From Betaproteobacteria bacterium (GTDB taxonomy: Bacteria > Pseudomonadota > Gammaproteobacteria > Burkholderiales > Thiobacillaceae): a DNA stretch of 39,408 bases. The position numbers and the translations under genes are program-made. Every line of letters begins with the position of its first letter. The stretch's first letter is position 1. The notes below the pieces were generated by a model that was given only the letters and a program-made list of their open reading frames with translations, was not told the origin of the DNA and did not search any database. The stretch covers positions 1 to 39,408 of the forward strand of contig VGVU01000001.1 in assembly GCA_016873905.1 (NCBI GenBank), given 5' to 3'. Below, piece after piece: positions 11,412-24,555 of the stretch.

Positions 11412-11828
11412 TCAACCCCCAATTTGACGGGTCACAAAGGTCGTCGGAATCGGCAACTTGGCCGCAGCAAGCCGGAAAGCCTCACGCGCCAAAACCTCAT
11501 CGACGCCGTCCATCTCGTAGAGCACCTTGCCCGGCTGAATCTCGGCAACATAGTACTCCGGATTGCCCTTACCGTTACCCATACGAACTTCCGCCGGCTT
11601 CTTGGAAATCGGCTTGTCCGGGAAGATGCGGATCCAGATCCGGCCACCGCGCTTGATGTGACGGGTCATGGCGCGACGAGCCGCTTCAATCTGGCGTGCC
11701 GTCAGACGGCCCCGGCCAACGGCCTTGAGGCCAAAATCACCGAAACTAACCGACGAACCACGCTGAGCGAGACCCGTATTACGACCCTTTTGTTCCTTGC
11801 GGAACTTCCTTCTAGCTGGCTGCAGCAT
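11412..11828 (-). CDS. rplP: 50S ribosomal protein L16
   Basis: 138 aa. [21 protein letters not shown] parallels E. coli [21 protein letters not shown]. Confidence 0.97.
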   Translation of the reverse strand: MLQPARRKFRKEQKGRNTGLAQRGSSVSFGDFGLKAVGRGRLTARQIEAARRAMTRHIKRGGRIWIRIFPDKPISKKPAEVRMGNGKGNPEYYVAEIQPGKVLYEMDGVDEVLAREAFRLAAAKLPIPTTFVTRQIGG

Positions 11829-12519
11829 GTTTCACTCCTGGCTTCTTGGCGCGCTTGGCCGGTTCAGCCGCAGCTGCCGGGGCCTCAGTGCGCGCACCGT
11901 GTTCACCCTTGTAAACCCAGACCTTGATACCGATGTCACCATAGCTGGTGCTTGCGGTTGCGACGCCGTAGTCAATATCAGCGCGCAGGGTATGCAAGGG
12001 CACACGACCTTCGCGATACCACTCGGTACGGGCAATCTCTGCGCCATTCAGACGGCCAGAGCTCATAATCTTGATCCCTTGTGCCCCAAAACGCATGGCG
12101 TTCTGCATGGCGCGCTTCATGGCGCGGCGGAACATGATGCGCTTTTCGAGCTGCTGGGCGATATTCGCCGCCACCAGGGTGGCATCCGTTTCCGGCTTGC
12201 GCACTTCTTCAATATTCAGAGTGGCCGGCACCGAAATGTGCTTCGCAAGCTCCTTCTTGAGGATCTCGATCTCTTCGCCCTTGCGGCCGATCACCACACC
12301 CGGACGGGCGGAGTAGAGCGTAATACGCGCGCTCTTCGAGGAGCGCTCGATCATGATCTTGCTCAAGGACGCATTGGCGAGTTTCTTTTTCAGGAACTCA
12401 CGAACCTTGTGATCTTCAACCAGCATGGCGCCAAAGTTTTTCTTGCCGCCATACCACTTGGAGGACCAATTCTTGGTGACAGCCAGACGGAAACCAATCG
12501 GATGTATCTTTTGACCCAT
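11812..12519 (-). CDS. rpsC: 30S ribosomal protein S3
   Basis: 235 aa. [25 protein letters not shown] domain. The 3' end overlaps rplP by 17 nt. Confidence 0.97.
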   Translation of the reverse strand: MGQKIHPIGFRLAVTKNWSSKWYGGKKNFGAMLVEDHKVREFLKKKLANASLSKIMIERSSKSARITLYSARPGVVIGRKGEEIEILKKELAKHISVPATLNIEEVRKPETDATLVAANIAQQLEKRIMFRRAMKRAMQNAMRFGAQGIKIMSSGRLNGAEIARTEWYREGRVPLHTLRADIDYGVATASTSYGDIGIKVWVYKGEHGARTEAPAAAAEPAKRAKKPGVKHAAAS

Positions 12520-12527
12520 AACTTACC

Positions 12528-12857
12528 TCACTCGCCAACAGTCACAGTGATGTGACAGGTGGGTTTCATGATCCGGTTACCACGACCCTTGGCACGGGCA
12601 GTGAAACGCTTCAGCACCGGGCCCTCATCGACATAAATGGTTTTCACCTTAAGGAGGTCGATATCAGCACCTTCATTGTGCTCGGCATTGGCAATGGCCG
12701 ACTCAAGCACCTTCTTGATCACCACGGCCGCCTTGCGGGGCGTGAAGGTCAGAATATTGAGCGCCTTATCCACGGCCTTGCCGCGCACGATATCGGCCAC
12801 CAGACGCGCCTTCTGGGCGGAGATCCGTGTACCTTTTAATACTGCAGTCGCTTGCAT
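12528..12857 (-). CDS. rplV: 50S ribosomal protein L22
   Basis: 109 aa. [15 protein letters not shown]...[18 protein letters not shown]...HITVTV. Confidence 0.97.
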   Translation of the reverse strand: MQATAVLKGTRISAQKARLVADIVRGKAVDKALNILTFTPRKAAVVIKKVLESAIANAEHNEGADIDLLKVKTIYVDEGPVLKRFTARAKGRGNRIMKPTCHITVTVGE

Positions 12858-12869
12858 TGTTCGCTCCAG

Positions 12870-13145
12870 TTACTTCTTGGCCTTCTTGTCCGCCGCATGC
12901 CCCTTGAATGTACGGGTCAGCGAGAACTCGCCCAGTTTGTGCCCAACCATGTTCTCGGTCACATAAACAGGGATATGCTGCTTACCGTTATGCACCGCGA
13001 TGGTGAGGCCGATAAAATCCGGCAGGATGGTGGAACGACGTGACCAGGTCTTGATCGGACGCTTGTCCGAATTGGCCTGTGCGGCTTCTACCTTTTTCAT
13101 GAGGTGCCCGTCAATGAACGGACCCTTCTTAACAGAACGCGCCAT
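12870..13145 (-). CDS. rpsS: 30S ribosomal protein S19
   Basis: 91 aa. [19 protein letters not shown]...[27 protein letters not shown]. Confidence 0.97.
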   Translation of the reverse strand: MARSVKKGPFIDGHLMKKVEAAQANSDKRPIKTWSRRSTILPDFIGLTIAVHNGKQHIPVYVTENMVGHKLGEFSLTRTFKGHAADKKAKK

Positions 13146-13157
13146 CTAGATTACCCC

Positions 13158-13985
13158 TTAAGCCTTGTGGCGACGACGCACAATCATGACGTCGGTCCGC
13201 TTGTTGTTGCGAGTACGATAACCACGCGTCGGAATACCCCAGGGAGTGACCGGTACGCGACCTTCGCCCGTGCGACCCTCACCACCGCCATGCGGGTGGT
13301 CAACCGGGTTCATTGCCGTACCGCGAACGGTCGGGCGAATACCCAACCAACGCTTGGCACCGGCCTTACCGAAGGAACGCAGGCTGTTTTCTTCGTTACC
13401 CACTTCACCCAGGGTGGCGCGACATTCGATGTGCACCTTGCGAATCTCACCGGAACGCAAACGCAACTGAGCGTAGGAACCGTCACGAGCCAGCAACTGT
13501 GCTGAGGTACCGGCCGCACGAGCCATCTGCGCGCCCTTGCCCGGCATCATCTCAATGCAATGCACCGTCGAACCGACCGGAATGTTACGCAGCGGCAGCG
13601 TATTGCCCGACTTGATCGGAGCATCAGCACCGCTCATCAGCGTTGCGCCTTCAGCAATGCCACGCGGGGCAATGATGTAGCGACGCTCACCGTCGGCGTA
13701 GCACAAGAGTGCAATGTGCGCGGAGCGGTTCGGATCATACTCAATGCGCTCAACACGGGCGGCGATGCCATCCTTGTCGCGCTTGAAGTCGATCAAACGG
13801 TAATGCTGCTTGTGACCACCACCCATATGACGGGTCGTGATGTGACCATTGTTGTTACGGCCAGCCGTCTTGCTCTTTTTCTGGAGCAAAGCGGTGTGCG
13901 GCTTGCCTTTGTACAAGCCCGGCGTCACAACCTTCACGACGGCACGGCGGCCGGCGGAGGTGGGTTTAACCTTTACGAGTGCCAT
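13158..13985 (-). CDS. rplB: 50S ribosomal protein L2
   Basis: 275 aa. [22 protein letters not shown]...[14 protein letters not shown]. Confidence 0.98.
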   Translation of the reverse strand: MALVKVKPTSAGRRAVVKVVTPGLYKGKPHTALLQKKSKTAGRNNNGHITTRHMGGGHKQHYRLIDFKRDKDGIAARVERIEYDPNRSAHIALLCYADGERRYIIAPRGIAEGATLMSGADAPIKSGNTLPLRNIPVGSTVHCIEMMPGKGAQMARAAGTSAQLLARDGSYAQLRLRSGEIRKVHIECRATLGEVGNEENSLRSFGKAGAKRWLGIRPTVRGTAMNPVDHPHGGGEGRTGEGRVPVTPWGIPTRGYRTRNNKRTDVMIVRRRHKA

Positions 13986-13988
13986 GAC

Positions 13989-14300
13989 TTATTCCCCTGC
14001 GGCAAAGTTGAGTTCCTGACCCGGTTGCAGGCACACATAGGCCTTCTTCCAGTTGGAACGCTGGCCCATAGACTTGCCGAAACGCTTGGTCTTGCCCTTC
14101 ACATTGAGCACCTTGACATCAGCAACCTGAACCTTGAAGAGCAACTCGACGGCGGCCTTGATCTCAGGCTTGGTTGCACTCGTCGCGACGCGAAGCGTAA
14201 CTTGCTGCTGCTTGTCAGCCACCATCGTCGCCTTTTCGGACACAACCGGCGCCAGGATCACTTGCAGCAAGCGAGCCTCATTGAATTGTTGGCCGTTCAT
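13989..14300 (-). CDS. rplW: 50S ribosomal protein L23
   Basis: 103 aa. [23 protein letters not shown]...[16 protein letters not shown]. Located between rplD and rplB. Confidence 0.96.
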   Translation of the reverse strand: MNGQQFNEARLLQVILAPVVSEKATMVADKQQQVTLRVATSATKPEIKAAVELLFKVQVADVKVLNVKGKTKRFGKSMGQRSNWKKAYVCLQPGQELNFAAGE

Positions 14301-14923
14301 GCGTACATCTCCTCAATACTGCGCAGCGCTTCACGCGTCACCAAAACCTGATCAAAGCGAATCAGGCTAACCGGATCAGCCTGTTGAGGCTCCAACACCA
14401 GCACATTGGCCAAGTTGCGGGAAGACAACCACAGATTTTCATCAACCACCGGGGCAATAATCAGAACGCGATCATTGTTGATGCCGAGATCTTTCACCTT
14501 TGCGGCCAGCAGCTTGGTGCGCGGCGCGTCAACAGAGATCTCGTCAATCACGCGCAGACGCTCGGAGCGAGCCAGCTGCGAGAGGATCGAGGCCATGCCA
14601 GCACGGAACATCTTGCGATTGATCTTCTGGCTGAAGTTCTCATCCGGCTTGTTCGGGAAGGCCCGGCCACCACCACGCCACAACGGGCCAGAGGTCATAC
14701 CGGCACGCGCACGACCCGTACCCTTTTGCTTGAACGGCTTCTTGGTACTGTGATGCACTTCAGCACGCGTCAACTGGGCACGGTTACCGCTACGGGCATT
14801 GGCCTGATAGGCCGTGACCAACTGATGTACCAGCGCTTCGTTGTAGTCGCGCGCGAAAAGAAGATCCGAGGCCGCTACGGCACCCGCATCCTGGCCCTGG
14901 GCATTAATCAGCTTCAGTTCCAT
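14297..14923 (-). CDS. rplD: 50S ribosomal protein L4
   Basis: 208 aa. [30 protein letters not shown] motif. 4-nt ATGA overlap with rplW. Confidence 0.97.
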   Translation of the reverse strand: MELKLINAQGQDAGAVAASDLLFARDYNEALVHQLVTAYQANARSGNRAQLTRAEVHHSTKKPFKQKGTGRARAGMTSGPLWRGGGRAFPNKPDENFSQKINRKMFRAGMASILSQLARSERLRVIDEISVDAPRTKLLAAKVKDLGINNDRVLIIAPVVDENLWLSSRNLANVLVLEPQQADPVSLIRFDQVLVTREALRSIEEMYA

Positions 14924-15567
14924 CAGGCACCCCCTTTGACAGCCGGACGCACGACGATATCACCACCCTTGGAGCCCGGAACGGCACCCTTGATCAGGAG
15001 CAGCTGACGCTCGCTATCGACGCGGACGATTTCCAGATTCTGGACCGTGCGATTAACCGCACCCATGTGACCGGCCATGCGCTTACCCGGAAACACGCGG
15101 CCCGGATCCTGCGCCATACCGATGGAACCCGGAGCGTTATGGGAACGGGAGTTACCGTGCGAGGCACGCTGCGAGGAGAAGTTATAACGCTTGATAACAC
15201 CCGCGTAGCCCTTACCCTGCGTGACACCGGACACATCCACAATCTGACCGACCTGGAAGATATCGACGCCAATGCTGGCACCCGGTGCATACTGGGACGC
15301 CACTTCGGAGGGAACGCGGAACTCGGTGATGCCACGCGCTGCATCGACACCTGCAGCCGCCAGATGACCGGCAACCGGCTTGGTAATGCGGCTGGCGCGA
15401 CGGGAGCCATATGCCACCTGCAGGGCATCATAGCCATCACCCGATTGGGTTTTGATTTGCGATACGCGGTTGTTCGACATGTCCAACACGGTTACCGGAA
15501 CGGACGCGCCGTCTTCGGTAAAAACGCGGGTCATGCCGATCTTGCGACCGACAAGGCCTAGAGTCAT
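14923..15567 (-). CDS. rplC: 50S ribosomal protein L3
   Basis: 214 aa. [20 protein letters not shown]...[14 protein letters not shown]. Stop overlaps the rplD start by 1 nt. Confidence 0.97.
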   Translation of the reverse strand: MTLGLVGRKIGMTRVFTEDGASVPVTVLDMSNNRVSQIKTQSGDGYDALQVAYGSRRASRITKPVAGHLAAAGVDAARGITEFRVPSEVASQYAPGASIGVDIFQVGQIVDVSGVTQGKGYAGVIKRYNFSSQRASHGNSRSHNAPGSIGMAQDPGRVFPGKRMAGHMGAVNRTVQNLEIVRVDSERQLLLIKGAVPGSKGGDIVVRPAVKGGA

Positions 15568-15610
15568 GTTTTCATTTCCTTATTCAAGGGCCGACTACAA
15601 TTGGTCGGCT

Positions 15611-15648
15611 AAAAACCCAAAGGGGTCACGCTCGAGGCGCAACCCCTT
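15611..15648 (-). terminator. Intrinsic-terminator-like hairpin inside the S10 block (putative attenuator between rpsJ and rplC)
   Basis: Minus-strand RNA: AAGGGGUUGCGC-CUCGA-GCGUGACCCCUU, a 12-bp stem including two G-U pairs, followed by UGGGUUUUUAG. Confidence 0.5.
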
Positions 15649-15664
15649 ACAGAGGGGGCATACT

Positions 15665-15976
15665 TTACTGCAGCTTGATCTCGACGTCAACCCCTGCCGG
15701 AAGATCCAGCTTGGTGAGCGCATCGACCGTTTTGTCGGTCGGATCAATGATGTCCATCAAACGCTTGTGAGTGCGAATCTCCAGTTGGTCGCGGGAGGTC
15801 TTGTTCACATGCGGGGAACGCAGGATGTCAAAGCGCTCAATGGCCGTCGGCAAGGGAACGGGGCCCTTCACCACGGCACCGGTACGCTTGGCGGTATCCA
15901 CGATTTCGGCCGCCGAGCGGTCGATGAGCGTGTAGTCATACGCCTTCAGGCGGATACGAATCTTTTGCTTTTGCAT
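15665..15976 (-). CDS. rpsJ: 30S ribosomal protein S10
   Basis: ATG at 15976 gives [19 protein letters not shown]... (103 aa, as in E. coli S10). The ORF-track start at 15982 is a TTG two codons upstream. AGGA overlapping the tuf stop serves as SD. Confidence 0.96.
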   Translation of the reverse strand: MQKQKIRIRLKAYDYTLIDRSAAEIVDTAKRTGAVVKGPVPLPTAIERFDILRSPHVNKTSRDQLEIRTHKRLMDIIDPTDKTVDALTKLDLPAGVDVEIKLQ

Positions 15977-15985
15977 GGCCAATCC

Positions 15986-17177
<1,192 letters not shown>

Positions 17178-17191
17178 CTCGATTACCTCAA

Positions 17192-19285
<2,094 letters not shown>

Positions 19286-19323
19286 AGTGGGTGTTCCTTA
19301 TCAGAAGCGTTGGCGATGAGCGA

Positions 19324-19794
<471 letters not shown>

Positions 19795-19804
19795 CTATAA
19801 CCCC

Positions 19805-20191
19805 TTACTTAGACTTAGCGGCTTTGGCGCGCTTGGCACCATACTTCGAACGAGACTGCTTGCGATCCTTGACGCCTTGTGTGTCCAGGCTACCGCGAAC
19901 GATGTGATAACGCACACCCGGCAAATCCTTGACCCGGCCGCCGCGCACCAGGACCACAGAGTGCTCCTGCAGGTTGTGGCCTTCGCCACCGATGTAGCCG
20001 ATCACCTCAAAGCTGTTGGACAAGCGCACTTTGGCAACCTTACGCAACGCCGAGTTCGGCTTCTTCGGGGTCGTGGTGTAAACACGGGTACATACGCCAC
20101 GCTTCTGGGGGCAGGCTTCCATGGCGGGAACCTTGCTCTTTTCGACCGGCGCCTTGCGCGGTTGGCGTATCAATTGGTTAACAGTTGGCAT
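19805..20191 (-). CDS. rpsL: 30S ribosomal protein S12
   Basis: 128 aa. [13 protein letters not shown]...[23 protein letters not shown]...[13 protein letters not shown]. Confidence 0.98.
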   Translation of the reverse strand: MPTVNQLIRQPRKAPVEKSKVPAMEACPQKRGVCTRVYTTTPKKPNSALRKVAKVRLSNSFEVIGYIGGEGHNLQEHSVVLVRGGRVKDLPGVRYHIVRGSLDTQGVKDRKQSRSKYGAKRAKAAKSK

Positions 20192-20235
20192 CGTCTAGCC
20201 TTTTCTCTACAAGTTTTCTATCAGTTTCGAACCGC

Positions 20236-20285
20236 AAAATTCGCGGCCCGCGGGAGATCGTTCGCCAGGAGCGATCCCGCGGGCC
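20236..20285 (-). terminator. Long GC-rich hairpin downstream of rpoC, lying in the rpsL leader (terminator/attenuator candidate)
   Basis: GGCCCGCGGGA (20245-20255) pairs perfectly with TCCCGCGGGCC (20275-20285). Six further pairs follow after a 2-nt bulge. On the minus strand it is followed by GCGAAUUUUGCGG, a short and displaced U-tract. Confidence 0.5.
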
Positions 20286-20300
20286 TGAAAAAGAGGGCGG

Positions 20301-20329
20301 ATTTTATGCAGTCTCATGCGTGCTGTCAA
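20301..20329 (-). promoter_or_regulatory. Sigma70-type promoter for rpsL-rpsG-fusA-tuf (str block)
   Basis: Minus strand reads TTGACA (20329-20324), a 17-nt spacer, then TAAAAT (20306-20301). The rpoC TGA stop (20328-20326) lies inside the -35 hexamer. Confidence 0.65.
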
Positions 20330-23300
20330 GATGCTTGCGCACCGTTATCTGCAACTTCTGCTGAACTTTCCTCAGCAAAAATGGCCGATACATCGACATC
20401 TGCCGCCGCCTCGGCGGCCTGCCGCTGCCGCGCACGGTGGTAGGCAAGGCCGGTACCCGCGGGCACCAGTCGGCCCACGATGACATTTTCCTTGAGACCA
20501 CGGAGGCCGTCCCGCTTGCCCATGATGGCGGCTTCGGTCAAGACGCGCGTGGTTTCCTGGAAGGAGGCCGCCGAGATGAAGGATTCCGTCGACAAGGAGG
20601 CCTTGGTAATGCCCAGCAGGACATCTTCATGGACCGCCGGGAGGCCGCCTTCGGCACGCACACGGTCGTTCTCGGCCAACAGATCGGCCCGCTCAACCTG
20701 CTCGTTCGGAATGAAGCGGGTATCGCCCACATCGACGATATTGACCCGACGCAGCATCTGACGCACCACAACCTCGATGTGCTTGTCATTGATCTTCACG
20801 CCCTGGAGGCGGTACACATCCTGAACCTCGTTGATGATGTAGCGCGCCAAAGACTCCATGCCTTGCAGACGCAGGATGTCGTGCGGATCCGCCGGACCGT
20901 CAACGATGGTCTCGCCCTTCTGTACCACCTGGCCATCATGCACGGTGACATGCTTGTCCTTGGCAATCAGATAGTCATGCGGAACGCCATCCATATCGGT
21001 GATCACGAGGCGTTGCTTGCCCTTGGTATCCTTGCCGAACGACACCGTGCCGGTGATTTCGGCCAGCACGCCCGCGTCCTTCGGAGAACGCGCCTCAAAC
21101 AGCTCGGCGACGCGCGGCAAACCGCCGGTAATATCGCGGGTCTTCGTGGTCTCTTGCGGGATACGGGCCAGCACATCACCCACCTTGACCTCCTGACCGT
21201 CCTTCACCGTGATCAGGGAGCCCACATGCAGGGTGATGTTCACCGGGATATCCGTCCCGGCCACCTTGACCTCCAAGCCATCCTCGCCGATCAGACGCAC
21301 TTGCGGTCGCACAACGCCCGCCTTGCTTGCGGTTCCGCGACGCTTGGCGTCGATCACGATCAGGGTCGACAAGCCAGTGACCTCATCGATCTGCTTGGCC
21401 ACCGTCGCGCCTTCTTCCACATTCTCGAATTTCACGCGGCCGGAGTACTCGGTAATGATCGGACGCGTATGCGGATCCCAGGTGGCCAGGGCCGTACCTG
21501 CCTTGATGGCCTGACCGTCCATGACCGTCAGCACGGCGCCATACGGCACCTTGTGGCGCTCACGCTCACGGCCCGTTGCCTCGGCAATCACAATCTCGCC
21601 CGTGCGGGTAATGACGATAAGCTCGCCACGCGCGCTGGTGACATAGCGCATACTCGGGCCGAAGCGCACCACGCCTTCCGACTTGGTCTCAACCTGGCTG
21701 GCCGCCGCCGCCCGCGAAGCCGCACCACCGATGTGGAAGGTCCGCATCGTCAGCTGGGTACCCGGTTCGCCAATCGACTGCGCGGCAATGACGCCCACCG
21801 ATTCGCCGGCATTGACGATGGATCCGCGACCCAGGTCACGGCCATAACACTTGGCACACAAGCCGCGACGGGTCTCGCAGGTCAGCGGTGCGCGCACCTT
21901 GACCTCGTCGATACCCAGCTCATCAACCTTGTCCACCGCCGCTTCATCAATCAGCGCCCCGGCCGCAATGATCGTCTCGCCGGTATCCGGGTTAACCACA
22001 TCCACCGCCGCAACCCGACCCAGGATACGATCGCGCAGGGCCTCGATCACATCGCCGCCTTCAACCAGCGGCTTCATGACCATGCCATTTTGCGTGCCGC
22101 AATCATCTTCGATGATGGCAAGATCCTGCGTCACATCGACCAGACGGCGGGTCAAGTAGCCCGAGTTGGCGGTCTTCAACGCGGTGTCAGCCAGACCCTT
22201 GCGGGCGCCGTGCGTCGAGATGAAGTACTGCAACACATTCAGGCCTTCGCGGAAGTTCGCGGTAATCGGCGTCTCAATGATCGAGCCGTCCGGCTTCGCC
22301 ATCAGGCCGCGCATACCGGCCAACTGGCGGATCTGCGCGGCGGAACCGCGGGCGCCGGAGTCGGCCATCATGTAGATGGAGTTGAAGGACTCCTGCTTGA
22401 CCTGCTTGCCCTCGCGGTCGGTCACGGTCTCGTGCGAAAGCTGCTCCATCATCGCCTTGGCAACCTTGTCGCCGGCCTGACCCCAGATGTCCACCACCTT
22501 GTTGTAGCGCTCGCCCTGAGTCACCAGACCGGAGGTGTATTGCGCCTCGATCTCCTTCACCTCAGATTCGGCCTTGCCCAGGATGTCGGCCTTCTGGGGC
22601 GGCATCAGCATGTCCTGCATGCAAATGGAGATACCACCACGCGCTGCCATCGAGAATCCGGTGTACATCAGCTTGTCGGCGAACACGACGGTCTCCTTGA
22701 GACCGCAGGTACGGAAAGCGGCATTAATCAGCCGGGAAATCTCTTTCTTCTTGAGCACGCGATTCACGGCCTCGAAGCCCAGCCCTGGCGGCAGGATCTC
22801 GGACAGCATGGCACGGCCCGCCACCGTCGTAACCCGGATCGTGCGGCTGACGAGCTGACCGTCATCGCCAAACACCCGCTCGCGGATACGCACCGTGACC
22901 TTGGCATTGATATCAACACGCTTTTCCTGCCAGGCGCTCTGCAGCTCGGCCAGATTGGCGAACAGCATGCCTTCACCACGGGCATTAACACGCTCGCGGC
23001 TCATGTAGTACAGACCCAACACGATATCCTGCGACGGCACGATGATCGGTTCACCGTTGGCCGGCGACAACACATTGTTGGAGGCCAGCATCAGGGTCCG
23101 AGCTTCCATCTGCGCTTCCAGCGACAGCGGCACATGCACGGCCATCTGGTCACCGTCGAAGTCGGCGTTGAAGGCCGTACACACCAGCGGATGCAACTGG
23201 ATCGCCTTGCCCTCGATCAGGATCGGCTCAAAGGCCTGGATGCCCAAACGGTGCAGCGTCGGTGCGCGGTTCAGCATCACCGGATGTTCGCGGATCACCT

Positions 23301-24540
23301 CTTCGAGGATGTCCCAGACCACCGGTTCCTGGTCATCCACCATGCGCTTGGACGCCTTGATGGTGGTTGACAGACCCAACGCCTCGAGACGGTTGAAGAT
23401 GAACGGTTTGAACAACTCAAGCGCCATCAACTTGGGCAGGCCGCACTGATGCAGCTTGAGGGTCGGGCCCACCACGATCACGGAGCGGCCCGAGTAATCC
23501 ACGCGCTTGCCGAGCAGGTTCTGACGGAAACGACCGCCCTTACCCTTGATCATATCGGCCAACGATTTCAGCTGGCGCTTGTTGGCGCCCGTCATGGCCT
23601 TGCCGCGACGGCCGTTGTCGAGCAGGGAATCCACCGACTCCTGCAACATGCGTTTTTCGTTGCGGACGATAATCTCGGGCGCCTTCAGTTCCAGCAGGCG
23701 CTTCAAGCGGTTGTTGCGGTTAATGACGCGGCGATACAGATCGTTCAGGTCCGAGGTCGCAAAGCGGCCACCATCCAGCGGCACCAGCGGACGCAGATCC
23801 GGCGGCAACACCGGCAGAACCGACAGAACCATCCATTCCGGCTTGATGCCGGACTTCACGAAGGCCTCCAACACCTTGAGGCGCTTGGAGAACTTCTTCA
23901 GCTTGGTGTCGGACGAGGTGGTCTTCAGCTCGCTGCGCAGACGCTCGATCTCGCCCGGCAAGTCAATATTGCGCAACAGGTCGCGGATACCTTCCGCGCC
24001 CATGCTGGCAGAAAACTCATCCCCATATTCTTCGACCTTGGCGAGATGATCCTCTTCCGTCAGCAACTGGCCCGGCAGTAGCGGGGTCATGCCCCCTTCG
24101 GTCACCACAAAGGCCTCAAAGTAGAGCACGCGCTCAATATCACGCAGCGTCATGTCGAGGACCATGCCCAGACGGCTGGGCAGGCTCTTCAGGAACCAGA
24201 TGTGCGCCACCGGGCTCGCCAGGTCAATATGGCCCATGCGCTCACGGCGCACCTTGGTCAAGGTCACTTCGACGCCACACTTCTCACACACCACGCCGCG
24301 ATGCTTGAGGCGCTTGTACTTGCCACACAGACACTCATAGTCCTTGACCGGACCGAAGATCTTGGCGCAGAACAAGCCATCGCGCTCCGGCTTGAAGGTG
24401 CGGTAGTTGATGGTTTCGGGTTTCTTGACCTCGCCATACGACCAGGAACGGATCTTTTCCGGCGAGGCGAGACCAATCTTGATCCCGTCAAACTCTTCGC
24501 TGGGGGTAACTTGCTTGAACAGATCGAGCAATGCCTTCAT
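20326..24540 (-). CDS. rpoC: DNA-directed RNA polymerase subunit beta'
   Basis: 1404 aa. Zinc-binding [23 protein letters not shown], the catalytic-site NADFDGD, and the full set of conserved regions. Confidence 0.99.
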   Translation of the reverse strand: MKALLDLFKQVTPSEEFDGIKIGLASPEKIRSWSYGEVKKPETINYRTFKPERDGLFCAKIFGPVKDYECLCGKYKRLKHRGVVCEKCGVEVTLTKVRRERMGHIDLASPVAHIWFLKSLPSRLGMVLDMTLRDIERVLYFEAFVVTEGGMTPLLPGQLLTEEDHLAKVEEYGDEFSASMGAEGIRDLLRNIDLPGEIERLRSELKTTSSDTKLKKFSKRLKVLEAFVKSGIKPEWMVLSVLPVLPPDLRPLVPLDGGRFATSDLNDLYRRVINRNNRLKRLLELKAPEIIVRNEKRMLQESVDSLLDNGRRGKAMTGANKRQLKSLADMIKGKGGRFRQNLLGKRVDYSGRSVIVVGPTLKLHQCGLPKLMALELFKPFIFNRLEALGLSTTIKASKRMVDDQEPVVWDILEEVIREHPVMLNRAPTLHRLGIQAFEPILIEGKAIQLHPLVCTAFNADFDGDQMAVHVPLSLEAQMEARTLMLASNNVLSPANGEPIIVPSQDIVLGLYYMSRERVNARGEGMLFANLAELQSAWQEKRVDINAKVTVRIRERVFGDDGQLVSRTIRVTTVAGRAMLSEILPPGLGFEAVNRVLKKKEISRLINAAFRTCGLKETVVFADKLMYTGFSMAARGGISICMQDMLMPPQKADILGKAESEVKEIEAQYTSGLVTQGERYNKVVDIWGQAGDKVAKAMMEQLSHETVTDREGKQVKQESFNSIYMMADSGARGSAAQIRQLAGMRGLMAKPDGSIIETPITANFREGLNVLQYFISTHGARKGLADTALKTANSGYLTRRLVDVTQDLAIIEDDCGTQNGMVMKPLVEGGDVIEALRDRILGRVAAVDVVNPDTGETIIAAGALIDEAAVDKVDELGIDEVKVRAPLTCETRRGLCAKCYGRDLGRGSIVNAGESVGVIAAQSIGEPGTQLTMRTFHIGGAASRAAAASQVETKSEGVVRFGPSMRYVTSARGELIVITRTGEIVIAEATGRERERHKVPYGAVLTVMDGQAIKAGTALATWDPHTRPIITEYSGRVKFENVEEGATVAKQIDEVTGLSTLIVIDAKRRGTASKAGVVRPQVRLIGEDGLEVKVAGTDIPVNITLHVGSLITVKDGQEVKVGDVLARIPQETTKTRDITGGLPRVAELFEARSPKDAGVLAEITGTVSFGKDTKGKQRLVITDMDGVPHDYLIAKDKHVTVHDGQVVQKGETIVDGPADPHDILRLQGMESLARYIINEVQDVYRLQGVKINDKHIEVVVRQMLRRVNIVDVGDTRFIPNEQVERADLLAENDRVRAEGGLPAVHEDVLLGITKASLSTESFISAASFQETTRVLTEAAIMGKRDGLRGLKENVIVGRLVPAGTGLAYHRARQRQAAEAAADVDVSAIFAEESSAEVADNGAQAS

Positions 24541-24555
24541 TTTCGGCTCCTAGTA

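Noticed and set aside
20437-23370. Very long plus-strand ORFs antisense to core genes. Examples: 977 aa opposite rpoC, 714 aa at 24646-26790 opposite rpoB, 631 aa at 15452-17347 opposite rplC/rpsJ/tuf, 571 aa at 17552-19267 opposite fusA, 429 aa at 5401-6690 opposite secY, 422 aa at 34198-35466 opposite ychF, and 370 aa at 36341-37453 opposite prs.
   Set aside because: Each is in the codon-aligned antisense frame (same coordinate phase modulo 3 as the sense gene). A stop there would require a sense TTA, CTA or TCA codon, and these are avoided in GC-rich, highly expressed genes. The translations are low-complexity and rich in R, H, G, Q, L and D, with no recognisable motifs. Every one is nested in a strongly conserved gene. 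They are compositional artefacts, not overlapping genes.
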